A stretch of 64,000 nt of DNA from Felis catus (taxonomy: Eukaryota): the NCBI RefSeq assembly GCF_018350175.1, contig NC_058368.1:137642001-137706000 (forward strand). Reading direction: 5' to 3'. Shown one piece after another: positions 50,600 through 63,074 of the stretch. The stretch's first letter is position 1. Every line of letters begins with the position of its first letter. The translations under genes were made by a program, and so were the position numbers. The notes under the pieces are model-generated. The model did no database searches and was not told the DNA's origin. It saw only the letters and a list, made by a program, of their open reading frames with translations.

Positions 50600-52700
50600 G
50601 TCCTCTCCTCTAGACCAGCGGGCCCCAGCGCGTGTCCTCTGCTGCGTGGGGAGAGCCTGGCAGCTGGTGGATCCGCCTGGCCCACAGCTGCAGGATCGGG
50701 AGCTCCTCTCAGACTCGGCTTCGTTCAGAAAACTCTTTTCTTGTCGGATGTGGTTTCCCTTTAATTAATCACTCATGCCCGCGTGTCCGCAGCGCAGCTT
50801 CCCCACTCTTCCTCCAGCCCCGCGTATGATCCGTTTTTTGGAAGCGAGAGCACAGGCCGAGCAAGTGGGGGCGGCGTGGGTGTGGACTCCGCCGGCCACA
50901 GGGCTGCCGGCTGTCCTGAGAGACCCCAGTTCGTGGTACTTTCTAAGATAGGCTTTCTGGAAGATCCACTCCCTCCTCCCGGACTTTCTAGCCAGTTGGC
51001 CACGCAGTTCCAAGCCTCGGCCTGGGTGGTCCAGGTGTTCCGGGTGGTCTAGAAGACCATGTTTCCGTCAGGTTCTCTCCCTTCTCCACCTCCTTCCCTC
51101 CCCTCCCCTCCCCTCGCGGCTTTAGGAGCTGGCATCCTGCTGGCAAAAGCCCCCTTTTGCCCCCCATTCCCACCCCACTCCCTCAAGGATGGTCCCTCCA
51201 GGCCTGACGTGGCCTTCCCGAATGGTGTGGTTTACTGGACTTCGCAGGGCAAACTGGCCACGCTTCCAGAAAGTTCAGCCCCTGGATGATGTTGGCCGAG
51301 GCCTCTGCAGTCTCCTCTCCGGAAAGCCGTGGCCCTAAACCCTAACACCAGGGTAGTCTCAGGACTGTGGGCCCTGATGATGCAGCCGGTGTCCATTCAT
51401 CCCTTTTCCCTCGTTTCGTTTCGTTCTGTTACTTCCAAGCCACAAAGGGAGGCCTCCTAAGCGGGCATCAGCTTTAAGGGCGCAGCCGGTTGGAGCAGGG
51501 ACCACCCTGGGACTCGTGGGTCTCCAAATGTTGTTGCTCCTGGCGCCACACGCCGAGCGGGGAGGGATCAGATATTCCCGTTTGTGAGCGGTGGTGGCTC
51601 CCAAGAGACCACGTGGGGCTCCGTGTGCAAACTTTAGTAGAGAAACGATCGGGGTGCTGCTGCATCGATGCCTCAGGCGGCTGGGGCGCCAAGTTCGTGT
51701 CCAGCCAGCCGCGGGGCGCTGGGCGCGGGCCTCGGCTACCCCAACCCCGCCGCAGGCCCCCGGGGTGCAGCAGGCTTCCGAGGCCGCGGGGGTTCGGAGG
51801 CTGGAGGCGGGGGATGGGGGAGAGAAGGGAGGGGGGAGGGGGGGACAACCCACTTCCCCCTCCCTCCCAGAACGGGGACGCCTGAGCGCGATAGCGGGGC
51901 CCCGCGCGTGGACTCCGCCCGGCCGGCCGCCTGCCCACCCGCGGCCCGGCTCGGCCGCGTTCCCAGCAGCCGGGAGCGCTTCCTCGCTCGGTCACGGATC
52001 CAGGCCGCCGGTCCAGCTGTCAAAACAGGGGGTGTCTCTTTCATTCTGGCTCACAAAGTCCCAAAGGGGAACAGGGGGCCTTAATGCTTGTGTTTGGACA
52101 CAAGCAATTATCCCTAATTATTCTTTTTCTTTTGAGCCTGCCCGTCCCGCCGGCGAGCTCGCCGCGGAACGGGCCCCGTAATCCTCCCCGGTCGGCGGAT
52201 CGCAGTGGGTTCTGTGCGGCCCGAAGCTCGGGCGCTTTCATGTCACTGCGGGTTTAGAGCTGATTCAAACTCATTGCGATGGGGGAATTAACCCCGGGGC
52301 CCGGGCTTTCAGGGGCCTCTGATAAGAGATTATACGTGTTGATGGCAAGCTTTTCTTGGCAAAATGTTTTCAAAGGGCTTGGAGTTGTTAAATCAAAGCG
52401 CCATTGAATTGCTCGGGACCGCCCCCGCCCCCTCCCCCTGCCCTTCCCCCTCTCCATCTCTTTTCCCTTCATCCCTCCGCCCTCCTTCGCCGCCCGGGAC
52501 TGCCCACGGTGAGCGGCCCAGCCATCCCGGAGTTTGCAAGACACTTTCCTTAGTAAGATTTTCCCTCCGTGCCTCACCATGTGAGGATTGTTTTTGTAGG
52601 TGCTCCGGCTGCTGGGCACATTGGTACCCCCTTCTCCCCTCCCCCATACACTTGTTCTGGTAAAGAAAACACATCCCAGATGAAAGACTTTTTCCCCCCC
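50600..52700. promoter_or_regulatory. CpG island 3 (core ~51450-52550; no coding gene attached)
   Basis: Extended CpG-rich region with embedded AT-rich motif clusters. Confidence 0.85.
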
Positions 52701-53940
52701 CCTCCTAAACGTACATGTGTTTTGTAGAAAACGGAGGTGACAGGGTGGGATAACGAGGAGTAAAGGAAGGGTGGTTTTCTAGCCTCCCCCCATCCCAAAG
52801 GTCAGCGCAGTCAGAGGGGTAGCCGTGGGGTTAAACAGTGTTGTGGGCAGAGTTCAGATGTCCCGTGAATCTCACGATCCTGCCCTGGGGGCGATCTGGG
52901 GCTGCGCAAAGGAAGAAAGCGAGTGTTGGGAGGGCTGTGTGGATGTAAATTCTGCACTGTGGAAAGTCTCTTTATTCAGGACTCAATTATAAATTACAAA
53001 GGCTTATTGGGTATTCTGAGGGGCCCTGCTAGGAAGCAGTGGGGAATGCAAAACTTAGATGGGGACTGTAAAAGTCCTATCGGAACTAGATAGACTTTTC
53101 CCCTTAAGCGGGGGGAGGGGGGGAACTAAGATACTAAAAAACAAAACAAGTGCCAGATATGTAAAGCTGTGGCCCCTGTCATCTCCTTCCCACCTCCAAT
53201 ATATTCCATATACCACACTATATTGGTCAATTTCCACAGCTATACTTCTTGGCCATCCTGACCTTTACCCGCCTCCTCCCCCCCTCCCCCCCTCCCCTAC
53301 ACCCCCCTCCCCCAACCCCTGGACTGGAACCCTGCCTTCCATCCATTTGGTTGCTCTGGACCCCTGCCTGGATCCTGCCAGGAACCCTAGGAACAGGATC
53401 ATGTTCTTTGTACCCTACCCAGTGGCTGGGGCCCTGGAATGAACTGGTTACTGGGAGAGCTGACTGCCTGACTCAATATCCACGCTCCACAATGGATTGG
53501 ACCCCATGGCATATGTAAGCTGCTACCTAAAGTTCACAAGAATTCTGCATTGCACTGAGCTTCTAGGCAAATAGTTCCCCACCCTTGCCTCTCCTTCCTG
53601 TTTACTTTTCCTTCCCACTCTAGCTTTGCTAAGACCCACTGCGCCTGTGCAGAAGCCTGCACACGAGTCTGCCCAAGTTATAACAAAACTTGGTGCCAAG
53701 TTGGCACCTATTTGGTCTGCTGGCTTCCTGAAGGATAAAATGACCCTTGATTTGTTTTTCTGCTTCTTTCATAGTTAATGAGCTATGGGCCCTGTAGGAT
53801 GCAAAATTCAGTTAGGACTTTTTGATTACACTGCCATGAAATCTTTGGCCCTATGTGTCCAGTGGCTGCTTAATCTGTAGCTAGCTTTGTCTTTTTTTTT
53901 TTTTTTTTTTAGCTTATATTGTCTGAGGTATGCATGGTTG

Positions 53941-54152
53941 TTTTTTTTTTTTTATTTTTTTAACGTTTATTTATTTTTGAGACAGAGCATGAAGAGGGGA
54001 GGGTCAGAGAGAGGGAGACACAGAATCCAAAACAGGCTCCAGGCTCCGAGCTGTCAGCACAGAGCCCCACACGGGGCTCGAACTCACGGACTGTGAGATC
54101 GTGACCTGAGCTGAAGTCAGCCGCTCAACCGACTGAGCCACCCAGGCGCCCC
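53941..54152 (-). mobile_element. Can-SINE (first of tandem pair)
   Basis: Flanked by tgcatggtt (53931, 54153). Confidence 0.95.
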
Positions 54153-54161
54153 TGCATGGTT

Positions 54162-54392
54162 TTTTTTTTTTTAAGTTTTTTTTATGTTTACCTATTTTTG
54201 ACAGAGACAGGGAGAGGCAGACAGAGCATGAGTGGGGGAGGGGCAGAGAGAGAAGGAGACACAGAATCTGAAACAGGCTCCAGGCTCTGAGCTGTCAGTA
54301 CAGAGCCCAACGCCGGGCTGGAACTCAACACCGCGAGATCATGACCTGAGCTGAAGTCGGTCGCTCAACCGACTGAGCCACGCAGGCGCCCC
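54162..54392 (-). mobile_element. Can-SINE (second of tandem pair)
   Basis: Flanked by tgcatggttttt (54153, 54394). Confidence 0.95.
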
Positions 54393-54536
54393 ATGCATGG
54401 TTTTTATAATATCAATCTACTTCATTGTTAAAATTTTATTTAAATTTTTGATTCTGCCGAGACTCACTTATACTTCCCCCTTTCACTCTGTTATACTAAA
54501 TGCATTCCATTCCAATCCACAAATATTTATTGAGTA

Positions 54537-54641
54537 GGAGTGCCTGGCTGGCTCAATTGGTAGAGCATGTGACTCTTGATCTTGGGGTTATGAGTTTGAG
54601 TCCCATGTTGAGTGTAGAGGTTACTTACAAAAAAATAAAAT
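54537..54641 (+). mobile_element. Short Can-SINE (old type, no CT region)
   Basis: tRNA-like head ggagtgcctggctggctcaattggtagagcatgtgactcttgatc; TSD atttattgagt. Confidence 0.88.
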
Positions 54642-54829
54642 CGTATAGATTTATTGAGTGCTTCCTACATAGGCACTCAGACACTCTCAACGGTAAACAA
54701 AACAGATGAAAAATGGCAAAAATCCCTGCCTTCATGGCTGTCACATTGTAATGGAGAGACAATTTAAAAAAATGTAAGAAAGAAATAAATGAGATAGTAT
54801 GTTGGAAAGTGTAAGTGCTGTTGTCAGAA

Positions 54830-55525
54830 TAAAGCCAGTACCAAAAAGACAAAAACAAGTGTTGGAGGAGATACGGAAGAATTGGAGCTTTCATACATTG
54901 TAGGTAGGAACGTAAAGTGGTGTAGCCACTTTGGAAAATAGTCTGGCAGTTACTCAAAAGGTGAAACATGGACCTACCATATGACCCAGCAACTCAACTC
55001 TTAGGTATATACCCCTCCAAATGAAAACATGTTCACACAAAAACTTATACACAAATGTTCATAGCAACATTATTCATAATAGCCCCAAATCAGAAACAAC
55101 CCAAACTTCCATCAGCTTAAGAGTGGATAAACGAAATGTAGTATATCCACACAATGGTATATTATTCAGCCATAAAAAGAAATGCAGTATTAATACATGC
55201 TACAGCATGGATGAATCTTGAAAATTTAATGTTAAGTGAAAAAAAAGCCAGTCACAAAGGACCACATATTATATGACTCCATTTCTATGAAATGTCCAGA
55301 ATAGGCAAATCCCTAGACACAAAAAATATCCAAGGCCTGGAGGAGGAGGGAAATTGGGGGATACAGGCTATGCAGGTAATGGGTTCAGTGTTTCTTCTGG
55401 GGTGATGAAAATGTTCTAAAACTGATTCTGATGATGGTTGTACAAGTCTGAGGAAAACCACTGAATGATGTACTTTAAATGGGTGAATCGTATGGCATGT
55501 GAATTTTAGCTCAAAAAGCTTATTT
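54830..55525 (+). mobile_element. Old L1 (L1MB-like) 3' fragment
   Basis: gtagccactttggaaaatagtctggcagtt...taccatatgacccagcaactc...ggggtgatgaaaatgttctaaaactgat... Confidence 0.85.
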
Positions 55526-55541
55526 AAAAAGCAGATTTGCT

Positions 55542-55754
55542 GGGGCGCCTGGGTGGCGCAGTCGGTTAAGCGTCTGACTTCAGCCAGGTCACGATCTCGC
55601 GGTCCGTGGGTTCGAGCCCCGCATCAGGCTCTGGGCTGATGGCTCAGAGCCTGGAGCCTGTTTCCGATTCTGTGTCTCCCTCTCTCTCTGCCCCTCCCCC
55701 ATTCATGCTCTGTCTCTCTCTGTCCCAAAAATAAATAAACGTTGAAAAAAAAAA
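55542..55754 (+). mobile_element. Can-SINE (SINEC_Fc, young)
   Basis: TSD aaaaagcagatttg (55526, 55755). Confidence 0.96.
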
Positions 55755-56945
55755 AAAAAGCAGATTTGGGGTGTAGTGGTGGGGGGGTTGCTCGCAATTT
55801 TTAATAGAGAAGACATGTTTAAGAAGTGACATTTGGGCACAACTGTGAAATGAGGGCATTACCCATGCAGATATCTGGAGGAGAGCATTATAGGTAGAGG
55901 AAACAGAGACAGCAAAAGCTCCAAGGTGGGAGGCTGGCTATTTGAAGACCAGTGGGTGGGCTGCCGTGGCTGGAGTAGAGTGATGGAGGAGGAAGGGGCT
56001 CAAAGATGAGGTCAGAGACGAAGGGGAGGGGAGGTGTGGGGGAGAGTGTGTGAATGGTGTAAGCCTTCTGCTTGTGGGCCTGGGGAGGTTTCAGTGGTGG
56101 AAATACATGGCCTGACTTACTTTTTAAAGAATGTCTGGGCTGCAAAAGGATAAGGATAATGCAGGGAGAACAGGCAGGAGGCTATTATAGGCATCCAAGT
56201 GGGAGACAGAAACTCAGAGCAGGGTAGTGGCAGCGCAGGTAGTGATAAATGGTCAGATTTTAGATATATTTTGAGATACAGTCACAGGAACTTCCTGATG
56301 GATCAGATGTGGAACACGGGAGAAAAGAGTTTCAGACTGTAAAATTTTAGGGTTGAGCTACCAAAAGATGATATTGCCTACAAATGAGATGAAGAAGACC
56401 AGGACGGAATAGGTCAGTGGGAGAAGGTCAGAATTTCAGTTTGGGTCATGTTAAATTTGAGGTTTCTATTGAATAGCCAAGTGGAGATGTCTATTAGGCA
56501 GTTCGATTTGGGAGTCTGGGACACACGGGATACGTATAGTCTGATAATAGAAGTTTGTCAATTGTTGAATATTGACAGCATGTAAAGCCATGTGACTAAG
56601 TGAGAACAATGAAGGAATAAGTATAGATAGAGAAAGAGAAGGGGATGCAAAGCTGAGCAACGGTGGCGCTCCAATATGGAGAAGTTAGGGAAAATAGGAA
56701 GAACCAGCTAAGGAGACTGAGGAATGAATAGTGATGTAGGAGGTAACCAAGAGAGTGAGGCATCCCGGAAGCCAAGTAAAGAAAGGGTATCAAACAGGAG
56801 GGAGTGACCGACTGTGTTTAAATACTGTGGAGAGATCGAGGACAAGTATGCTGAAATTAGTAATTGAGAGGATTTGAAGAGGACAGTTTCAGTGGAGTGG
56901 TGTGGATGAAAACCTGATGAAAATCTGCATTTCAGAGAGAATGGA

Positions 56946-58298
56946 CAGAGGAAAGAGTATCCAATGGAAAAAAGAGAGTCTCTTTAGCAAATGGTGTTGG
57001 GAGAACTGGACAGCAACATGCAGAAGAATGAAACTAGACCATGTTCTTACACCTTACACAGAAATAAACTCAAAATGGATGAAAGACCTAAATGTGAGAC
57101 AGAAAACCATCAAAGCCCTATAGGAGAAAGCAGGCAACAATCTCTTTGACCTCAGCTGCAGCAATTTCTTGCTCGACACATCTCCAAAGGCAAGGGAGTT
57201 AAAAGCAAAAATGAACTATTGAGACCTCATCAAAATAAAAAGCTTCTGCACTGCAAAGGAAACAATCAACAAGACTAAAAGGCAACCGATGGAGTGGGAA
57301 AAGATATTGGCAAATGACATACCAGATAAAGGGTTAGTATACAAAATCGATACAGAACTTACCAAACTCAACACCCAAAAAACAAATAATCCAATGAAGA
57401 AATGAGCAGAAGACATGAATAGACACATTTCCAAAGAAGACATCCAGATGGCCAAGAGACACAAGAAAAGATGCTCAACGTCCCTCATCATCAGAGAAAT
57501 AGAAACTAAAACCACACTGAGATACCACCTCACACTGGTCAGAGTGCTAAAATGAACAAATCAGGAGACTACAAATGCTGGCGAGGATGTGGAGAAAAGG
57601 GAATCCTCTTGCACTGTTGGTGGGAATGCAAACTGGTGCAGCCGCTCTGGAAAACAGTGTGGAGGTTCCTCAAAAAATTAAAAATAGAACTACCCTACAA
57701 ACCAGCAATAGCACTACTAGGAATTTATCCAAGGGATACAGGAGTGTTGATTCATAGAGGCATGTGTACCCCAATGTTCATAGCAGCGCTTTCAACAATA
57801 GCCAAATGATGGAAAGAGCCTAAATGTCCATCAACTGATGAATGGCTAAAGGAAGATGTGGTTTATATATACAATGCAATACTACCTGGCAGTGAGAAAG
57901 AATGAAATCATGCCATGTGCAGCAATGTGGATGGACCTGGCAGGTATTATGCTGAGTGAAATAAGTCAGTCAGAGAAAGACAGATATCACATGTTTTCAC
58001 TCATATGTGGATCTTGAGAAACTTAACAGAAGGCTATGGGGGAAGGGAAAGGGAAAAAAATAGTTACAAAAGGAAAGGGAAAAAAATAGTTACAAACTAT
58101 AAGCGACTCTTAAATACAGAGAACAGACTGAGGGTGGCTGGGGGGAGGTAGGGGAGAGGAGAAAATGGGTGATGGGCATTGAGGAGGGCATTTGTTGGGA
58201 TGAGCACTGGGTGTTGCGATGAACCATGGGAATCTACCCCAAAAAACCAAGAGCACATTTTACACACTGTATGTTAGCCAATTTGACAATATTTAAAA
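56946..58298 (+). mobile_element. Carnivore L1 3' fragment (~1.35 kb, disrupted ORF2 C-terminal part + 3' UTR)
   Basis: Encodes GKSIQWKKESLFSKWCWENWTATCRRMKLDHVLTPYTEINSKWMKDLNVR and [32 protein letters not shown] (ORF2 Cys-rich region), with stops and frameshifts. Confidence 0.95.
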
Positions 58299-59249
58299 AG
58301 AGAGAAAGAGAGAGAGAGAGTTGAATGGAAATAATCATGGGAGGTGGGAAACGAAGAGAATGGATGGAAAGGAACTGAAGTGAATGCAGACAACGCTTTC
58401 AAAGAATTTTGCCATAAAGACGAGCAGAGTAACTAACGGGAGCTGGTGGGGGAAGTGAGGTCAAAAGAAAGTTTCTTTCAAGATGGAAGAAATAACCACA
58501 TGTTTATGTGATAATGGAAATGATCCAGTAGTGAGAGAGAGGGAGAGAGAGAGAGAGGGAGAGAGAGTTGCTGGAGAGATGTCTTTTACTAGCCTTAGGT
58601 AAGCAAGAAGAAATAATACCTAGTTCTGAAGTTGAGATATTGACTATGGATGGAAGCAGGGCTGGGTCATGAATAGTAACAGATAAGAAGAAAGAATACG
58701 TGGACTCATAGGTTGTGAGAAGGGCAAAAGTAGTGTTGGGAGTTTGGAAATTCTCCTCTGATTGCTTCAATTTTCTCAGCGAAGTGGAAAGCAAAGTTTT
58801 CAGTGAGTGAGGGTGTGGGAAGAGGTGTTGGGAATTTGAGAACAAAGGGAAAGATATACAATAGTCAAATATGATAATATGAGATACATGAATTGAGAAA
58901 TATAGTATCTTCCAGGGAGCATCAAGGGTTCATTTGGGGTTGGTGGTCCTGAATTTAAAACGGGCCAGTCAGATTGGTTGTGTCTCCCTTCTGTAGGCTC
59001 AGAGTAGGTGGAAAGTTGGATTTAACTAGGATCATGGTTTTGCCACCTGAGTAGGACTAAGGAGAAAGAGATGATGACATGGAGGAATTTCAGGTGGGTA
59101 AGGTGGAAAGAGAGGAGAATATGAGAGTATGAGAGGTAGGGGAAAAGGTGCCAGAATGAATACAACGGAGGTCCTGCTAGGTCAAAGGGTTTACTGAATT
59201 CAGAGTGCTGCAGTGAATGAGAAAGATAAGAGGGGATAAGAAGTTGTTT

Positions 59250-59720
59250 TTTCACCTTGATTTTTGACCCAACAGTTTAGCTGGGTATAGAATTCTAGTT
59301 GTCGGCGCTTTGCAGGTATTATTCTACTGTCTTCTGGCTTGTGTTGAGAAGTACATTAATTGCCATACTTTTTTTTTTTTTTAGATTATCCATTGTTCTT
59401 TTTCTGGTAGCTTTTAAGATCTTTTCTATGTCTTAACGGTTTCTCTCTTTCATTATGATTTGCCTGGGGATGCCTTCATGTTGATTTATACTGTAATTTC
59501 TGAAATAATTAGTGACTTCTATTACTTGTGAAACATTTTCAGCCATTATATTTTTAAAAACCATCTTCATTGAGATATAATTTGCATACTGTAAAATTCA
59601 CACATTTAAAATATATATTTCAATGGTTTTTGTATATTCACAGAAGTGTGCAACCATCACTATCCATTATCTTTTGATATTATTTTTCCTCCAACCATTT
59701 TATTCTCATTTTAGAATTTC
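59250..59720 (-). mobile_element. Old L1 (L1ME-like) fragments
   Basis: tttagctgggtatagaattctag...tattattctactgtcttctggctt...; ttgagatataatttgcatactgtaaaattcacac. Confidence 0.65.
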
Positions 59721-59725
59721 TTTTA

Positions 59726-59932
59726 GGGGTGCCTGGGTGGCTCAGTTGGGTAAGTTTCCAACTCTTAACTTTGGCTCAGGTCATGATCTCATGGTCATGA
59801 GATCAATCCTTTCTTTGAGTTCTACACTGGGTGCAGGGCCTGCCTGAGACTCCCTCTCTCTCTTTGCCCCTCCCCTGCCTGCATGCACACTTGTGCACTC
59901 TCTCTCTCTCTCTCTCTAAATAAAAAAAGAGA
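59726..59932 (+). mobile_element. Can-SINE
   Basis: TSD agaatttctttta (59713, 59933). Confidence 0.93.
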
Positions 59933-60379
59933 AGAATTTCTTTTAAATGTATGATGGGCTATTGCGGTTTGAACAGGCCCAATCTATAATACTCCTTTCA
60001 CACCAAAAGTCAGAACTGAGAGATAGGCAAGGAAACTAAACACATGGAAATAAAAATGACAGCACTATTGCTAATAAATGCTGTATTGAAGGAGATGGCT
60101 TAGATCTTTCAGAACTAAACCCTGGAGTTAGAATGATCCACATCCTTTGCCACAGGCAGCACTGGGTTACCAAATGCTCCCCACATGGAACTTGCCCCAT
60201 AAAATGTGTGTTCAAGACTTATAGATCAGAAGGCATGTTCTCTGTGGGCAGGCTGGCTCCCAAGAGGAGGGCAGGAGGCAGGGTCCTGCTCTACCCCAAA
60301 CTCACCAGTAAGATAGGTCACTCTGGCAGAAGCCACACTATCACACTGACTGATGTCCCACCACATGCATGCAAAGCTA

Positions 60380-61846
60380 CCCAGATTATTTGATGCAGCA
60401 AACACAATTCTGATACCAAACCCAATACATATACACAAACCAAAAACTATAGATATTTTGAAAATGCAAAACTCTGGGGAAAAGAATTGAATATTATAGG
60501 TTGAATACAAAAATAATGCATAAAATGTATTTATTCAAAAATTCCAGGACGTTACAATTTAGAGAAATATATTGAATACAGTTATATAAATGTATGTTAA
60601 TAAGAGTCACTAAGAGAAAACATGATGATTTTTAAGACAGGTTCACATAAAAGTATTGAAGGACAACAGAAGAGGATACATTCTTAGGCCAGTATTCCAA
60701 TTTATACAACGCTGCATCTGACATGTTCACATGAAAATTCAGAACAAAGTTGTCCTCCATAACATTAATATCATTTTGGAAATTTTGGATAATACAAGAT
60801 GATTAAAAATAGGACAAATAAATATTTCATCAGTCAAAGTGTCAGTTTTGGTAGACTGTCTAAAAAGAAAAGACAAAGGAATTAACTGGAAACTGCCTTG
60901 GAGTCAAGAGTAAAACAGAGGAAATGTCAATCCCCCCAAATTAATGGTTAGTTTTAACCCAATCATGGAGAGAAAAAAAATCCAACACAATTTTCCTGGA
61001 AACTCTATGAAATTTTAATAAAATTGATAATAAATATAACTGGGTAGGAATATCAAAAATATTTTGAGGAACAGAAGCAATGGAGGCTGTCAGCTCAGAA
61101 AATATATTTTAAAACAATAATAAAATAAGACCCAGATACTGAAGTAACACTAAACACAGGTATCAGTTAAGCCGAATAGAACGCCTCCAAATATATCTTA
61201 TCATACATAAAAATGTAATATGTGATATAAAAAAGTTATAACCAAAGATCTGTAACATTTAATAAGCCTTGTGGGGACAATAGATGACTATATTAGAGGG
61301 GAATTTATGTACATGTATTTTATGTACCAAACCTCTCCCCCTAGTTTGAAGTGTAACCAAAAAATTAACTGAAAAAAAGAAAAAAAAATCACAGAAAAAG
61401 TACAAGAAAATATGAATACTTCTTAGGTCTTTGAAAGAGTGAACACATTGTATGCTTTGAAGCAACAGAAGAAATTAGAGACAAAACAAATCAACAGATT
61501 TAACTCCATGAACACTTTATACCTCTGTGTAAATAAAAATATTTAAATAAGCAAACACGGAGAAACACATTTGTGGGGGGCACACACACCTACCCACCCC
61601 AACCAGCAATAGGGTTAATATATATAATCATATAAAGAGTTCCTCAGATGGAAAACACAGTTGGCTATATTCATACCAAAATTTGGAATTAAATTTGGCC
61701 ATTTAAATGAACGAACTGGATCTCATAGTTAATCAAAATGGATAAACCTAGCAATACAACATTGAGCTTAAAAGGAGCCATTTTCAGAATGCTAAGTTTA
61801 GTATATTATCACTCCGATAAAATATAAAAACTTACAATATCAACAC

Positions 61847-61885
<39 letters not shown>

Positions 61886-62050
61886 TAACCAAAGACTAAA
61901 AATATTAAAATGTGGAAAGGAAAGATATACAGCAAGTGTAAGTGGTTATCTCTGGCAGAGGGGGTGGGAAGTAGGATCTGGGAAGTTTATAAAGGAGCTC
62001 TAAATATATGTAATTTTCCTTATGTCTGAAATATTCCATAATAAAAAATG
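60380..62050 (+). mobile_element. Highly decayed ancient L1 ORF2/3' region
   Basis: A-rich + strand with residual L1 motifs (ctgataccaaaccc, aatgtcaatccccccaaattaat, aatagaacgcctccaaatatatc). Confidence 0.55.
61848..61884. repeat. (TG)n microsatellite
   Basis: About 18 TG units. Confidence 0.95.
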
Positions 62051-62210
62051 GGGAGTTGCTAAGAAAAAACTCCATAAAACTCCAAAATACATATATGAAA
62101 AACAACAGGAACAAACAATTTGTAGGACAGGAAACACACACACAAAAAGATGTATAGCCCCTTTGTAAGCAAAGAAGTTGACTAAAATGAGATACCAATC
62201 ACATTTATTA

Positions 62211-62425
62211 TTATTTTTTTTTAACGTTTATTTATTTTTGAGACAGAGAGACACAGAGCATGAACAGGGGAGGGGCAAAGAGAGAGGGAGACACAGAATC
62301 TGAAACAGGCTCCAGGCTCCGAGCTGTCAGCACAGAGCCTGACGCGGGGCTTGAACTCACAGACCGTGAGATCATGACCTGAGCTGAAGTCGGACGCTTA
62401 ACCGACCGAGCCACCCAGGTGCCCC
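62211..62425 (-). mobile_element. Can-SINE (SINEC_Fc)
   Basis: 17-bp TSD accaatcacatttatta (62194, 62426). Confidence 0.97.
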
Positions 62426-63074
62426 ACCAATCACATTTATTAAATTAAAACAATTCTGAAAAGAAACACTGTCCCACATAGTCCAAGAGTTAGTATGATG
62501 TTTTAAAAATATGTATACAACATACAGAATCTTCACATTTCAGAGTGGAAGATAGTGGTCATCTAGAGCAAGAATTTCAAGCAGCATTTGAGATTTTTCA
62601 TTTGTCTTTTTCTTTTCTTTACAGTTCAGACCATACTCGTCACCACTCCTGAATCTCAGGAGCAAATTTCTCCTTTAAAGAACTTCAAACTTTCCTAGAA
62701 ACAAAGAAGACTCACGAAAGTAGGTAGGGACAGAGTCTGCCCTAAATGTTTCACAAAAAAAACAACTCTTAATACTTAAATGTCTCTCAAATAAAACTTT
62801 TAATTCTCAAATATCCACCAAATCCTCAAATTTTTCTTAAAACATTTAAGATAATTTATAGTCCTGCAAATCAAATCCAGACTCTTGGGGAGCCCTCCTC
62901 CCACCTATCTGTGTGTACACACACATACACACACACACACCAGAGTTGACTTGTGGTTTTTGTTTTCCAGGACTTGTCAGTCAAGACGGAGCTCATCTTT
63001 TGTGAAAGCATTCCTCTCCTTTACTGGGACATATTCGAACCCCCCAGCGACTGTCATCAACACTTGGCTTTTTC

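Larger units (their letters stand above)
54500..59240 (-). mobile_element. Long LINE-2 remnant fragmented by later insertions
   Basis: L2 3' end (antisense) caaatatttattgagt...cctac...ggcact, then L2-like purine-rich body (gtttgggtcatgttaaatttgagg...ccaagtggagatgtc...gcagttcgatttgggagtctgg) resuming after each insert. Confidence 0.75.

Noticed and set aside
48324..52674. Many 100-196-aa ORFs in CpG islands 2 and 3 (possible FOX or other TF gene)
   Set aside because: No forkhead, homeobox or other domain in any frame; low-complexity GC artefacts.
54537..54620. tRNA-like sequence with A/B boxes (also at 12460-12544)
   Set aside because: tRNA-derived SINE head with tail (and TSD at 54.5 kb), not a functional tRNA gene.
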